Origin: a virus
DNA: 64,000 bases
Strand: one strand, 5' to 3'
IMG/VR virus record: IMGVR_UViG_3300026484_000110
Both the position numbers and the translations under genes were made by a program. Position 1 is the stretch's first letter; the number at the start of each line of letters is the position of its first letter. This document shows positions 29,975 to 39,667 of the stretch, piece after piece. The notes under the pieces were generated by a model. It was not told where the DNA came from and searched no databases. It saw nothing but the letters and a program-made list of their open reading frames with translations.

Positions 29975-30316
29975 ATGTTAATAAAAGATATTAAACATAT
30001 CAGGGATAATATCTATAATCTAGATATTTCTTCGGAAGATCTTAAAGAAATGTTAGATATAATACATACCACAATAGGTGATATAGGTATAGGAATTAAC
30101 AAATTAAATACGGCGAATTTTAACGAAGGATTAATTCTGAGGTTACTAGTAACTGATGTAATAAAAAATTATAAAGATAAGTTATCAGAAAGACCTGTTA
30201 TTTTTAATTTTATGTTTGGTGGTAGTAGGTACAGTTTTTACGTAGGTAAAGTGGATCAGGTAAACGATATGCTAGATGGTTATACATACGAATATATAAG
30301 TCCATTAGATTACTGA
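29975..30316 (+). CDS. Hypothetical protein (113 aa)
   Basis: Coupled to the previous gene, ends in a hairpin. Confidence 0.7.
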   Translation: MLIKDIKHIRDNIYNLDISSEDLKEMLDIIHTTIGDIGIGINKLNTANFNEGLILRLLVTDVIKNYKDKLSERPVIFNFMFGGSRYSFYVGKVDQVNDMLDGYTYEYISPLDY

Positions 30317-30340
30317 GAGTGTTTACTCTCAGTAATCTAA
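30305..30340. terminator. Bidirectional hairpin, 16-bp stem
   Basis: ttagattactgagagt-gttt-actctcagtaatctaa. Confidence 0.75.
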
Positions 30341-30342
30341 TA

Positions 30343-30951
30343 TTATTCATAATCTAAAAAATCACTTATGCTGTCTTCAGGTTCAGTTTGTTTTAATGTC
30401 TCTTTATTTTTGCTTTTCTCATTACTTTCAAAGTTTATATTATAACGTTTAAACATTTTAACTACTCCATCCAAATATTTTTTTAATTGTTCTTCGTCTG
30501 GTTTTGTAGCTTTTGCAATTCCTTCAGTAGCTTTACCTAAAAACTTTTCAGCTTCGAATGGATTATTGTCTGAAATTTGTTTAAACATATTTACCATTTT
30601 ATAATAATCTACGTTTTTAGCCACGATGGAGTCAGGATCGATATCTAACATAATAGGCGGTAATACAAATAATTCTTCTTTAGTTTTATCATCGATTACT
30701 TTTATCCCTCTATAATAGCTACCAGTAGCGTTATACATATTTTCTATGTAAGTTTTTATGTTTTCTTCATTTGGTTCAATATCGCCTTTTAATAATGGTA
30801 AAAAGTATTTAATAAAATCACTTTCTACCAGTGGTTCATCTTCATATTTTAGAACTTCGCTTACGATGTTGCTAGCTTCTTCTAAGTATTCTATAATGCT
30901 TCTTTCTTGCATTTCCTTTAGCTTTAATAAGGCATTTTGATTTTCTTCCAT
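30343..30951 (-). CDS. Conserved phiKZ-like hypothetical protein
   Basis: AAGGAG RBS, FIKYFLPLL...LFVLPPI motif, acidic tail. Confidence 0.65.
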   Translation of the reverse strand: MEENQNALLKLKEMQERSIIEYLEEASNIVSEVLKYEDEPLVESDFIKYFLPLLKGDIEPNEENIKTYIENMYNATGSYYRGIKVIDDKTKEELFVLPPIMLDIDPDSIVAKNVDYYKMVNMFKQISDNNPFEAEKFLGKATEGIAKATKPDEEQLKKYLDGVVKMFKRYNINFESNEKSKNKETLKQTEPEDSISDFLDYE

Positions 30952-30961
30952 AATTTACTCC

Positions 30962-31372
30962 TTATAGTAATAATAATTTACTCAATAATTCATCTAGGTT
31001 AGAAATAATATTGTTTGCAATGTGTGCTGTTTGTGTTAATTTATAGACATTACCATTGTAAGTAGCTTCTATTTCAATGGTAATACTGTATTTCTTTTTC
31101 TTATTCTCATCTTCTTCTTTAATCTCTGTAGTCACATCTACTGTATCATAATACCGCTTGTAAAGTTCTGTTAAACTAGCATTTATATTACTTTTTAATT
31201 CTGTAAAATCATTACTCGATTGCATTAATATGTATTTAAGACTATGAATTTTACCATAATAAATTACAGTCTGCGAATAGTCTGATGTAAGAAAATATCC
31301 AAACAGTTTATATATCATTACACCTCTGTCTTCTGTAAAACCAGATAATGTTAGGGTGGGTAAGGTTGCCAT
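30962..31372 (-). CDS. Probable baseplate wedge protein (T4 gp25-like fold, tentative)
   Basis: True start MATLPTL after the AAAGGA RBS (tracked start overlaps sbcD). FLTSDYSQT motif and size fit a gp25-like protein. Confidence 0.5.
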   Translation of the reverse strand: MATLPTLTLSGFTEDRGVMIYKLFGYFLTSDYSQTVIYYGKIHSLKYILMQSSNDFTELKSNINASLTELYKRYYDTVDVTTEIKEEDENKKKKYSITIEIEATYNGNVYKLTQTAHIANNIISNLDELLSKLLLL

Positions 31373-31415
31373 GATAATTCCTTTAAAATAAATTTTCATC
31401 AAATCAGGAGGACTA

Positions 31416-32543
31416 ATGAAAACTAGTATCAAATATCCAGTAATTTCATATTTATTGTTATCAGATTTACATTTGGGACATGATAAAAATAAAACAGAAT
31501 ACATAGTAAGAAATTTAGATTTGTTTTTTAAAAGAAATTTAGATACAATATTAAAAACAAGAATTATTTTTATAGCAGGAGATGTGTTTGATAGGCTATT
31601 ATCAAACAGTAATAAAGATAGTATACTAGCATATAGCTGGTTATCCAGACTATTAGTATTTTGTAAAAATAATGATATTAAGTTAAGAATTTTAGAAGGT
31701 ACACCTAGTCATGATAGAAAACAGGTAAAACAATTGACAGAAATTATAAAATCGTTAGGCATAGAAGATGAAGTAGATTATAGGTACTTTGATAAATTAG
31801 ATATTGAGTTCATGAAAGATTTAGGTTTATCAGTTTTGTATATACCTGACGAATGGAAGGAAAATGCTGAGGATACGTTAAAAGATGTGAAGAAGATTTT
31901 AATTACACATGGTTTAGATAAAGTAGATATAATAATTATGCACGGTGCATTCAAGTATCAAATACCTAATATAGAATCACCAGCATTTCATAACCAAGAA
32001 GAGTATGTTAAATTGGTAAATTATACTGTTAACTGCGGTCACGTGCATAATCCTTCTGTATATGAGAAAATTCTAGTACCTGGTAGTTTTGATAGATTAA
32101 ACCATTCTGACGAAAAAGATACAAAAGGTGGATTGATAGTAAATCTTTTTGAAAATGGTACTTTTGATTTTAAGGTATTAGAGAATAAAACAGCCATGAT
32201 TTTTAAAACATTCGATTTGAGTAAAACAGATTGGAATAAAATAGAAAAAGAACTTAAAAAATTAAACAATAACGAATTAGCATTTGTAAGGTTTTTGACT
32301 ACAGATGAAATAAAAATAAAAGATAATCTTTTTGAATTAAAACAACTCTATCCAAACTTAAGATTCACTGTTACAAAAAAGGATAAAGTAAAAAATGAAA
32401 TTAACAATATGGAATTAACAACAGATATAAATATAGATATTGTAAAGCTAGATGAAGAGGCTATTAAGAATTATATTATGGAAAATATACCTAACGATAT
32501 AGATGAGAAATTATTGTTAGAGGAATTAAATAATATACTCTAA
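31416..32543 (+). CDS. sbcD: SbcD/Mre11-family metallophosphoesterase nuclease
   Basis: LSDLHLG, AGDVFD, EGTPSHD, MHGAF, CGHVH motifs. Confidence 0.9.
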   Translation: MKTSIKYPVISYLLLSDLHLGHDKNKTEYIVRNLDLFFKRNLDTILKTRIIFIAGDVFDRLLSNSNKDSILAYSWLSRLLVFCKNNDIKLRILEGTPSHDRKQVKQLTEIIKSLGIEDEVDYRYFDKLDIEFMKDLGLSVLYIPDEWKENAEDTLKDVKKILITHGLDKVDIIIMHGAFKYQIPNIESPAFHNQEEYVKLVNYTVNCGHVHNPSVYEKILVPGSFDRLNHSDEKDTKGGLIVNLFENGTFDFKVLENKTAMIFKTFDLSKTDWNKIEKELKKLNNNELAFVRFLTTDEIKIKDNLFELKQLYPNLRFTVTKKDKVKNEINNMELTTDINIDIVKLDEEAIKNYIMENIPNDIDEKLLLEELNNIL

Positions 32544-32582
32544 TATATTATTTAAAGGATGATATACGAAAAGGAGTCTAAG

Positions 32583-33437
32583 ATGAAACCAAATCTACCT
32601 AGTGATAGAAAGAGCTATACTGGTATTAATTCAGCAACTGGTGTAATAATAGAAAAACTAATAGAAAAAGAATTATTAAATTCTTATCAAAGATACTTGA
32701 TAAATGTTCATACATTAGTTAGAAACCTAATAGCTATGATGGATGGTAAGACCGGTGATAAAATAAGATATTTGAAATTAGATAATAACTTAATTGATTT
32801 TACCAAATATTTGGTAGAAGAAATGAAATTGATAATAGAAAACTTTAATAACAGCGATACAGAAATAGTGTTTTACATACCTAATTATAAACAGGTATCC
32901 AGTAAGTTAGGTAATAGGTTTAAAACCATTAATGATTTTAAGTCGTTGAAATACTATACATTAATTACACAAGAGGTAGTATCTAAAGCCATTTTGGAAT
33001 ATCAAGATTTACCTGTAATTAAAACGGGTTTTAAATTACCTAAGTTTGATGATGATTACAGTAAAACATTAATTACGACACATAATGGTATAGACTTATT
33101 AAATTATGTGTATAATACAAGAGTAGATTTAATAGAGTCTTTTACAGGTGAATTTAAGAAATATAACAAATGGTATACTAAGTATAAAAAGTTAGGAAAA
33201 AAAGATATGAGTATTTTACCATTTAACGAATTCATTTATTATATATTTGGAGATGATTATTTTGTTAAACCTATGAATATACCAATAAGAGAAAAGATAT
33301 ACGATATAGCACTTAAAAAACACTGGAATTATAGAACAAAAATAGAGAAAATTAAAAGAGACATTTTACATACCGACTTAGATTTTTATACAAAGTTAAA
33401 ACGAGAAATACCGTATGTCTACCGTTCAATACGGTAG
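32583..33437 (+). CDS. phiKZ-like core protein, possibly PIN/FEN-like fold
   Basis: LINVHTLVRNL, THNGIDLL, LIESFTG..KKYNKWYTK. Early motif at 32540-32552, AAGGAG RBS before ATG 32583. Confidence 0.45.
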   Translation: MKPNLPSDRKSYTGINSATGVIIEKLIEKELLNSYQRYLINVHTLVRNLIAMMDGKTGDKIRYLKLDNNLIDFTKYLVEEMKLIIENFNNSDTEIVFYIPNYKQVSSKLGNRFKTINDFKSLKYYTLITQEVVSKAILEYQDLPVIKTGFKLPKFDDDYSKTLITTHNGIDLLNYVYNTRVDLIESFTGEFKKYNKWYTKYKKLGKKDMSILPFNEFIYYIFGDDYFVKPMNIPIREKIYDIALKKHWNYRTKIEKIKRDILHTDLDFYTKLKREIPYVYRSIR

Positions 33438-33486
33438 ACTACAATGTTTTTTAACCATATATCATTCATGAGGAAAGAATATTCCT

Positions 33487-33506
33487 AATGTTTTCCGGAA
33501 AACATT
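33487..33506. promoter_or_regulatory. Perfect palindrome in the leader of the SSB-like gene
   Basis: aatgttttcc|ggaaaacatt (22 bp with flanking t/a). Confidence 0.5.
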
Positions 33507-33528
33507 AAATTAAATTAAGGAGTTAAAA

Positions 33529-34176
33529 ATGTGGGACAAAGATAAAATCTTTGGAAAGGTAACATTATATAATCAGCACGGAGAAAAAGAGGTCAGACTA
33601 AGAATAGGCGGATGGAAAAATTTTTTAAGATTCTATGTATATATAAACAAAATCTCAGAGAGAGATAAATTTACAAAACCTGTTTTTAATTTACCTGTAA
33701 ATAGAATAGGTGTTGAAGTACTTGTAAATGAATTATATATACTAAATGAACAACCCAATGATTATGTAAGATTTATAGAGGTATCTAGACCTATCTGGGA
33801 TGAAAAAACTAAGAAGATGACAGATGAAAAGGCTTTAGCAGGTTATTTAGTTGTTGGTAGAAAAGAATTTGATGGTGAAGTAGTAAACTTTATAGGTGTT
33901 AAAACACCTGAAGGTAAAAGGTATTATTTTAAGTTATTACCTACACCATATTTAAGATTATTAGATAATAAAGGTAATCCTTTACCAGATAGCGAGGCTA
34001 GCAAGAGATGGACTATGGCGTATGCCAGTACATTTGATAAAGTACTTTCAATGTTTCCAGAAGTGTTGCCTGAACCAAATGAAAACGACAATGGAAAAAC
34101 AACTACAAAATCTTATAAGAAAGAAGACAAAAAATCATCATCAACACCTAGTGAGTTAGAAGAGTTTGATTTTTAA
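33529..34176 (+). CDS. Putative single-stranded DNA-binding protein
   Basis: beta-rich core, disordered linker, acidic-aromatic tail ELEEFDF, located directly upstream of the gp68-like gene. Confidence 0.45.
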   Translation: MWDKDKIFGKVTLYNQHGEKEVRLRIGGWKNFLRFYVYINKISERDKFTKPVFNLPVNRIGVEVLVNELYILNEQPNDYVRFIEVSRPIWDEKTKKMTDEKALAGYLVVGRKEFDGEVVNFIGVKTPEGKRYYFKLLPTPYLRLLDNKGNPLPDSEASKRWTMAYASTFDKVLSMFPEVLPEPNENDNGKTTTKSYKKEDKKSSSTPSELEEFDF

Positions 34177-34199
34177 GAATACTATAAAAGGAGTCCAAT

Positions 34200-35738
34200 A
34201 TGTTTAAATTGTCGGATTTATTAGCCAATACAAAGGTGTTAGTAGAACATAAAAATAAATCTATAGAATTCAGCATTGAGTCTATAATTAATAGGAGATT
34301 GAAAGATGGTTTAGATAAGGAGGGTACGTTTTATATTTTAAATCGTTATCTGGATTATAAAGGCAAAGAATTTAAAGATGAATTATTTAAAAGAGAAGAA
34401 GAGGCTAAAGAAGGAATGCTTTCTGTATTCACGACTAGATCACTAGATCCTCTGCCTGTTGAATACGTGCATCATATTTTGGATATGTTTGATTTGCAGG
34501 ATGTCTATAATTTCATTAAACAAACAGGTATTGTAAGAGCACCTGAAATGTTAAAAGATGAATTTAACGATGAAATAATAGTCAATGATGAGGGATCTAG
34601 AGAACAAACTTATCTTAAAGAAGATTATTATCAACTGGTATCTCTCATCACTGTCTTAAAATCGACACTAGGTGTAGTAGGTGAATTTGCAGCTGTAAAA
34701 GAATCACAAATACCCCAACTATATAAAGAGTTTATATTGTTAAACTTTTATGTAGGGCATCCAATATTTAAATCGCCTCCATTTCAAAAGTTATTGGATT
34801 ATATTACTAAATTAACAGATATTAGCTTCCTTAATGAAGAAGAATCCAGTATTAGGATTATAGAAAAGATAGTATCTAAAGACGATATGCCTTATTATGT
34901 GTTAGGTAGCGCGTTATTTCAGAGATTACTAGTTAGTAACGAGAGAGCAGATATCAATGAGAAAAACTTAGTAACTAAACTTTATAATTTTGTAAAGAAT
35001 AAAATTAAACTAAAAGACATTACTAGTAGTAGTAATGTAAGAATTAAGAAACAAGCTTTTGGTGGTAGTAGTGAAGAAGATAATGAATCTACTATGGAAA
35101 CATACAGGGTACCTACTGATATAACTGAAGGCTTTGCGGTAGAATTTAAATTCGTATATGAAAATTTAGATTATTTAATCAGAGATATGGGAATTAAAAA
35201 TCCAGATAACGTATATAAAATAAGACAGGCTATAGAGCCATTAGCTAGCGAGTTAATACCAGTAGAAACAATTAAACTAATTGCTATTATTTTAAAGAGG
35301 ATAATAGATCCTAGATCAGTAGATTATATTCCTATTGATTTATTATTAAATGGTCTAGCTGTGGCTATTGAATGGTGTCTTGAAAGAGGACATAAAGAAT
35401 TGGCATTAATTATGGGTAGTTATAAGGTAAAAGACGATTTACATCAATTATCCATATCACTTAGAAATAAAGTATCCAAAGATTTGGAAGAAAGGTTAAA
35501 CGAACTTTATCCATATCATAGAGGTATTAAATCTAAAAATGAAATTAAGTATGTTTCCTATATAAGAGAATTCATAGATACCGTAGCGATCGAATTAAAT
35601 AAATACAACCTAATTACGACACTACCCGTGGAAGAAATGTTTGAGGATGTCACATCGAAACATGTTAGAATAAATGAAGATATTAAAAATCAGTTAGCTA
35701 GATTGCTAATTGACGTAGAGGAGTTTGCACAAGCATAA
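34200..35738 (+). CDS. Non-virion RNAP promoter-specificity subunit (phiKZ gp68-like)
   Basis: EQTYLKEDYYQLVSL motif, size, and position before PicA-like and RNAP genes. Confidence 0.75.
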   Translation: MFKLSDLLANTKVLVEHKNKSIEFSIESIINRRLKDGLDKEGTFYILNRYLDYKGKEFKDELFKREEEAKEGMLSVFTTRSLDPLPVEYVHHILDMFDLQDVYNFIKQTGIVRAPEMLKDEFNDEIIVNDEGSREQTYLKEDYYQLVSLITVLKSTLGVVGEFAAVKESQIPQLYKEFILLNFYVGHPIFKSPPFQKLLDYITKLTDISFLNEEESSIRIIEKIVSKDDMPYYVLGSALFQRLLVSNERADINEKNLVTKLYNFVKNKIKLKDITSSSNVRIKKQAFGGSSEEDNESTMETYRVPTDITEGFAVEFKFVYENLDYLIRDMGIKNPDNVYKIRQAIEPLASELIPVETIKLIAIILKRIIDPRSVDYIPIDLLLNGLAVAIEWCLERGHKELALIMGSYKVKDDLHQLSISLRNKVSKDLEERLNELYPYHRGIKSKNEIKYVSYIREFIDTVAIELNKYNLITTLPVEEMFEDVTSKHVRINEDIKNQLARLLIDVEEFAQA

Positions 35739-35752
35739 GTTTATATATTATT
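35737..35752 (+). promoter_or_regulatory. Early promoter motif
   Basis: aagtttatatattatt upstream of the PicA-like gene. Confidence 0.6.
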
Positions 35753-35782
35753 AAGATACAAAATAATGAAAAGGAGTCTAAA

Positions 35783-37240
35783 ATGGAATTCAGTCCAAAT
35801 CCAACCCAACAATTAGAACAACCAGTTAAAATAACAAAATTAATTTTATCAGAGGTACAAGGTTATAAAGACCAATTCATTAGGTCTTTTGAAGTAAACG
35901 CAGGACACGAACAAATTGAAAGATTAGAAAACGTAGTGGATAAATCAAGAAGTCTAGGTACTAAGAATATCAAACCCATTGATATTGCTAATTCTGTACC
36001 TGACATAATGTTGCCGTCTGCTGTCCCTGTTGGTAAAGTAGATATCCCGTATGGATGGGGAGAAAAAAGGTATAGATTTTTTATGGAAGTAATTGAACCA
36101 AACCCTACAGGGTATGGTGAGAATGTAGTAATTTTACAAGGGTATACTGAATATCCTGGGGTAATTCTAGATAAAGATCTGGTGGATGACAGAATGAGAT
36201 TTTATGTAAACAGTCTGTATAAACTACACAGAGCTTTTGATCCAAATACCGGCACACTAATAGCTAGAGTGTTACTTCAGTTAAGCATACTACATCTTCC
36301 AAACGGAGGATTAGAAATAAACGATTTAACACATCAACATTATCCAGGAATGCTTCCTAATCAAAACCATGCAGTAGCTATCAGACCTGAAGATTTATTA
36401 GTAACAATAAATGCTCAGTATAGTATGGATATACCCAAAACAAATATCGTACCACAAGGTACATTAATTCAACCAGTAGATACAGACAAAACATTGAGTT
36501 TACCTGCTTATCATATATCCAAAACAATTACTGGTGTTTTGAATGCTAGAGAAATATCTGAACAAACTTATTCAGATGCAGATATTTTAGATAACAGCAT
36601 CTCATTTGTGAGAAGCGATAACAGGTTTAAATCTAAATTTATGGGGATAATATCTACCATGTACGGAATGCGTGAAACAAACACATTCACATTTGCAGAC
36701 TTGAAAAAGATTGATCCTAACGTAGATAGGATAAAAGAAATTTATGCTAGGGGACCAGGAGTAGTAACTAGTCAACAACCTATCATGGATAGTGAAGATT
36801 TATACCTCAGCAATATTGAGAATAGACTGGCTACTATGTTAGTGGAGTCATTGTCTTCATTGTTATCTGAAAATTTACTTTCTAGCATAACGTTGACATT
36901 TACTAACGAAACAGGACAATTTGATACTAGAGTTTTCGGTGCTGAGACTTTTGTAGATGGTATTATTACATCCGAATTTGCAGAAAAGGTAAGAATAAAA
37001 TTTGAGAGCATGGTGGCTCCTGTCCTAACACAAGGTAATCAAATGTTAGTAAATGTAATTGTAAATGCTAATATTTTAGGAGATACCATTGTAGATATAT
37101 CTGTAAATAATAATCCGAATGTAGTTTTCAGAATTCCTACATTTGCAGATTCTACATTTAGTCCATTGATTGCTGATAAAGCTACATTTGATAACGTAGC
37201 TGATCAGTATAGAAATCTAATCGACATAGTAACAATATAA
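35783..37240 (+). CDS. picA: Phage-nucleus import factor PicA/Imp1-like (phiKZ gp69-like)
   Basis: KLILSEVQGYKDQF, MLPSAVP..KVDIPYGWGEKRYRFFMEV, FRIPTFADSTFSP motifs, synteny gp68-gp69-gp70-beta. Confidence 0.7.
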   Translation: MEFSPNPTQQLEQPVKITKLILSEVQGYKDQFIRSFEVNAGHEQIERLENVVDKSRSLGTKNIKPIDIANSVPDIMLPSAVPVGKVDIPYGWGEKRYRFFMEVIEPNPTGYGENVVILQGYTEYPGVILDKDLVDDRMRFYVNSLYKLHRAFDPNTGTLIARVLLQLSILHLPNGGLEINDLTHQHYPGMLPNQNHAVAIRPEDLLVTINAQYSMDIPKTNIVPQGTLIQPVDTDKTLSLPAYHISKTITGVLNAREISEQTYSDADILDNSISFVRSDNRFKSKFMGIISTMYGMRETNTFTFADLKKIDPNVDRIKEIYARGPGVVTSQQPIMDSEDLYLSNIENRLATMLVESLSSLLSENLLSSITLTFTNETGQFDTRVFGAETFVDGIITSEFAEKVRIKFESMVAPVLTQGNQMLVNVIVNANILGDTIVDISVNNNPNVVFRIPTFADSTFSPLIADKATFDNVADQYRNLIDIVTI

Positions 37241-37252
37241 AAGGAGTGTAAA

Positions 37253-38578
37253 ATGGTTAAGAATCTAATAGATTTTTATAAAGACCTTTTAGAGGTCTTT
37301 GATATAAAAACTGATAACAATGGAAAACTATTCATAGAGAGTGATAAACGTGGTAAGTTAATGGTAGAGTTAGATGGTAAACCGTTAGTATTACCTACTA
37401 CTGAAAATATAAGAGCTAGTGTAGAAATTGATAACAATGGGAAACCAGTTCAAGTTCTAGCATTATTTAATCCAGTAGATGAGTCTGCTATCAAAGGAGA
37501 AAATAAATCGTTATTAAGATTAAGAGAAATTATGGAAAGAAAGATAAATAATAGTTTTGCAGTTATGGGTGAAGTATTGTTTACTATTTTAGCAGATAAA
37601 AAAGATATTGAAGATCCAAATCTAATCACATTTATTCAGGAGCTTAATAAATATAAAGCACCTGGAATTAAGCATTTGGTAGATGAGTCTACTGTTAAAA
37701 ATTGGGTAGACATTTATAAAGCTATTTTTGGTCTAGAAACTAATAAGCTGTATATACATACATTTCTAAAAAGAGGAGGTAAAATAGGAGATAAAAAATA
37801 TACGAGAGTAGCTACTGTTACGTTTCCTGTGTATGAAGGATTAAACAATCTGAAAAAGAACGAGACATTCTATAATGTAAAAATCAGAAATAAAGATAAA
37901 CATGCGTATATGGTGTTTCATCAGTACGTCTTTAATAAGACACATGAAGAAATTTTAAGTGGTATTCAACTAGGTACCGAAAATAAAAAATCTCCGGCTT
38001 TTATAATATTGTTAACAGCTTATGAGTTAATAAAGAATAATATTAACTCTATGATTGATATTATAAAAGCACAAGGTTATGATGTAGATTATTTGGAATC
38101 TGCTAAATTAAAAGATTTACCTATTGATATTAAAAGCTTAGAAGAATTTATAGAGCAAGTCTGGTATGAGGTAAAAGAAATACCTAGCGATAATGAACTA
38201 ATGTTTAGCGCACAAACATCTACAACAGTAGAACCAACAATAACTAATGAAACACCACAGCAACAACAAACCATTAATAATACTCAACAGGTAGAAGAAG
38301 ATGAAGATCCTATTAATAAAATTTTAAACAATATAGGGTCTCCTATGCCGAATCCTATGGGCGGAATTCTTCCTCAACAGCAAATGATGCCGCCTATGCA
38401 ACAACAACCTATGATGCCAAATTATCAACAAACAATACAGCCTATGCAGCCTCAAATGGTGAATCCAGGTATAGGTTTACCACCTATGCAACAACAATTC
38501 ACCCAGCAACAAACTAATCCACCACAAGGCATGAATCCAGGAATGAATATGGGATTTCAGTATCCATTTGGATACTGA
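37253..38578 (+). CDS. phiKZ gp70-like core protein with a Q/P/M-rich disordered tail
   Basis: GKPLVLPT, LFNPVDES, FLKRGGKIG..KYTRVATVTFP, then a low-complexity C-terminus. Confidence 0.65.
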   Translation: MVKNLIDFYKDLLEVFDIKTDNNGKLFIESDKRGKLMVELDGKPLVLPTTENIRASVEIDNNGKPVQVLALFNPVDESAIKGENKSLLRLREIMERKINNSFAVMGEVLFTILADKKDIEDPNLITFIQELNKYKAPGIKHLVDESTVKNWVDIYKAIFGLETNKLYIHTFLKRGGKIGDKKYTRVATVTFPVYEGLNNLKKNETFYNVKIRNKDKHAYMVFHQYVFNKTHEEILSGIQLGTENKKSPAFIILLTAYELIKNNINSMIDIIKAQGYDVDYLESAKLKDLPIDIKSLEEFIEQVWYEVKEIPSDNELMFSAQTSTTVEPTITNETPQQQQTINNTQQVEEDEDPINKILNNIGSPMPNPMGGILPQQQMMPPMQQQPMMPNYQQTIQPMQPQMVNPGIGLPPMQQQFTQQQTNPPQGMNPGMNMGFQYPFGY

Positions 38579-38581
38579 ATC

Positions 38582-38914
38582 CTATTTCTTTTTTTGTTTC
38601 ATATAACCTAATATAGCATCTATTGTATCCGGAGAAATAATGTAAATTTTTCTATCACCTTTATAATCTAAAGGATTTGTTAAATTATTAATAATCATAG
38701 TAGGTACCCAGACATCCATAGGTATATTTAATTCATTACTTAGTAATCCAAAAAAATTACCGATATAACTATTACCTACTGCTTGTGATATTTCAGTAGG
38801 ACTTATATTATTTTTAACAAATTCAGTATTTACTATTTTATCCCAGTCTTGAATCAATTTACTATCGATTTCAATAACAGGATTATTTAGTGTCCTTAAT
38901 TTTTCTATGTCCAT
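38582..38914 (-). CDS. Small conserved protein, possibly LysM/gpX-like baseplate component
   Basis: GNFFGLL...IPMDVWVPTMIINNLTNPLDY...IYIISPD pattern. Confidence 0.4.
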   Translation of the reverse strand: MDIEKLRTLNNPVIEIDSKLIQDWDKIVNTEFVKNNISPTEISQAVGNSYIGNFFGLLSNELNIPMDVWVPTMIINNLTNPLDYKGDRKIYIISPDTIDAILGYMKQKKK

Positions 38915-38926
38915 TTTCTTTCCTTT

Positions 38927-39526
38927 TTATTTTTTAACTTCCATCAAATGTCCAAACATCATCTCTCTGACGCGATCTAATTTATCATCGAGTGTATTAA
39001 AGTCTCTGGTCAATCTGGCTACTTCAGCTTTTAAGACTTTATATTCGTGAAAAACTTCACTGTGGGATTGAATGTATTCAATACTTTTATCTAATGTCAG
39101 AATTTGTGTTTTTATACCAGTTACAATTTTATCATTTTCAGAAATTAAATCACGTAGTGTATCATATTTACTAAATAAGAGTTTAGTTCTATTTTCCATT
39201 TCCAATTTATCATCGTTTATTTTAACTGTTAAATCATGTTCGATCTTTTCGTTTATTTTTGTAAAATTTTTTTCTACCTTTTCTAATTCTGTTTTGATAT
39301 CGGATATGTTTTTATTTAATTCTTTTTCTACTTTTAGACTATGTTCTTTTATAGTAGTATTAATATAATGTTTTAAATTATCATTTTCTGTTTCTAAATC
39401 TTCTATTCTACCAGTTAATTCATTAATTTTACCTTTAATAGAATAAATAGCACCTAATCCCGCTACTGCGGAACCTATTAAAGAAATAAGAATTTCGGTA
39501 TCTATTTCTATTCCATTTATATTCAT
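38927..39526 (-). CDS. N-terminal TM helix plus long coiled-coil protein
   Basis: ILISLIGSAVAGLGAIYSI then heptads to the C-terminus. Confidence 0.7.
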   Translation of the reverse strand: MNINGIEIDTEILISLIGSAVAGLGAIYSIKGKINELTGRIEDLETENDNLKHYINTTIKEHSLKVEKELNKNISDIKTELEKVEKNFTKINEKIEHDLTVKINDDKLEMENRTKLLFSKYDTLRDLISENDKIVTGIKTQILTLDKSIEYIQSHSEVFHEYKVLKAEVARLTRDFNTLDDKLDRVREMMFGHLMEVKK

Positions 39527-39608
39527 GGCTCAATCCTTTCTCCCTTTTGAAAAAGAGATTACGAAATATTATATAATTTATCTAAATAATCAATGGAAAT
39601 TCAATATT

Positions 39609-39627
39609 TTTTAGATAATATATTATT
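39609..39627 (+). promoter_or_regulatory. Early promoter motif
   Basis: ttttagataatatattatt upstream of RNAP beta. Confidence 0.55.
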
Positions 39628-39667
39628 AATTAGGATAGATTAGAAATTAAGAAAAAAGGAGTCCAAT

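Noticed and set aside
30962-31504. Tracked 180-aa start at 31504 overlapping sbcD head-to-head
   Set aside because: A better start with an RBS lies at 31372, which removes the overlap.
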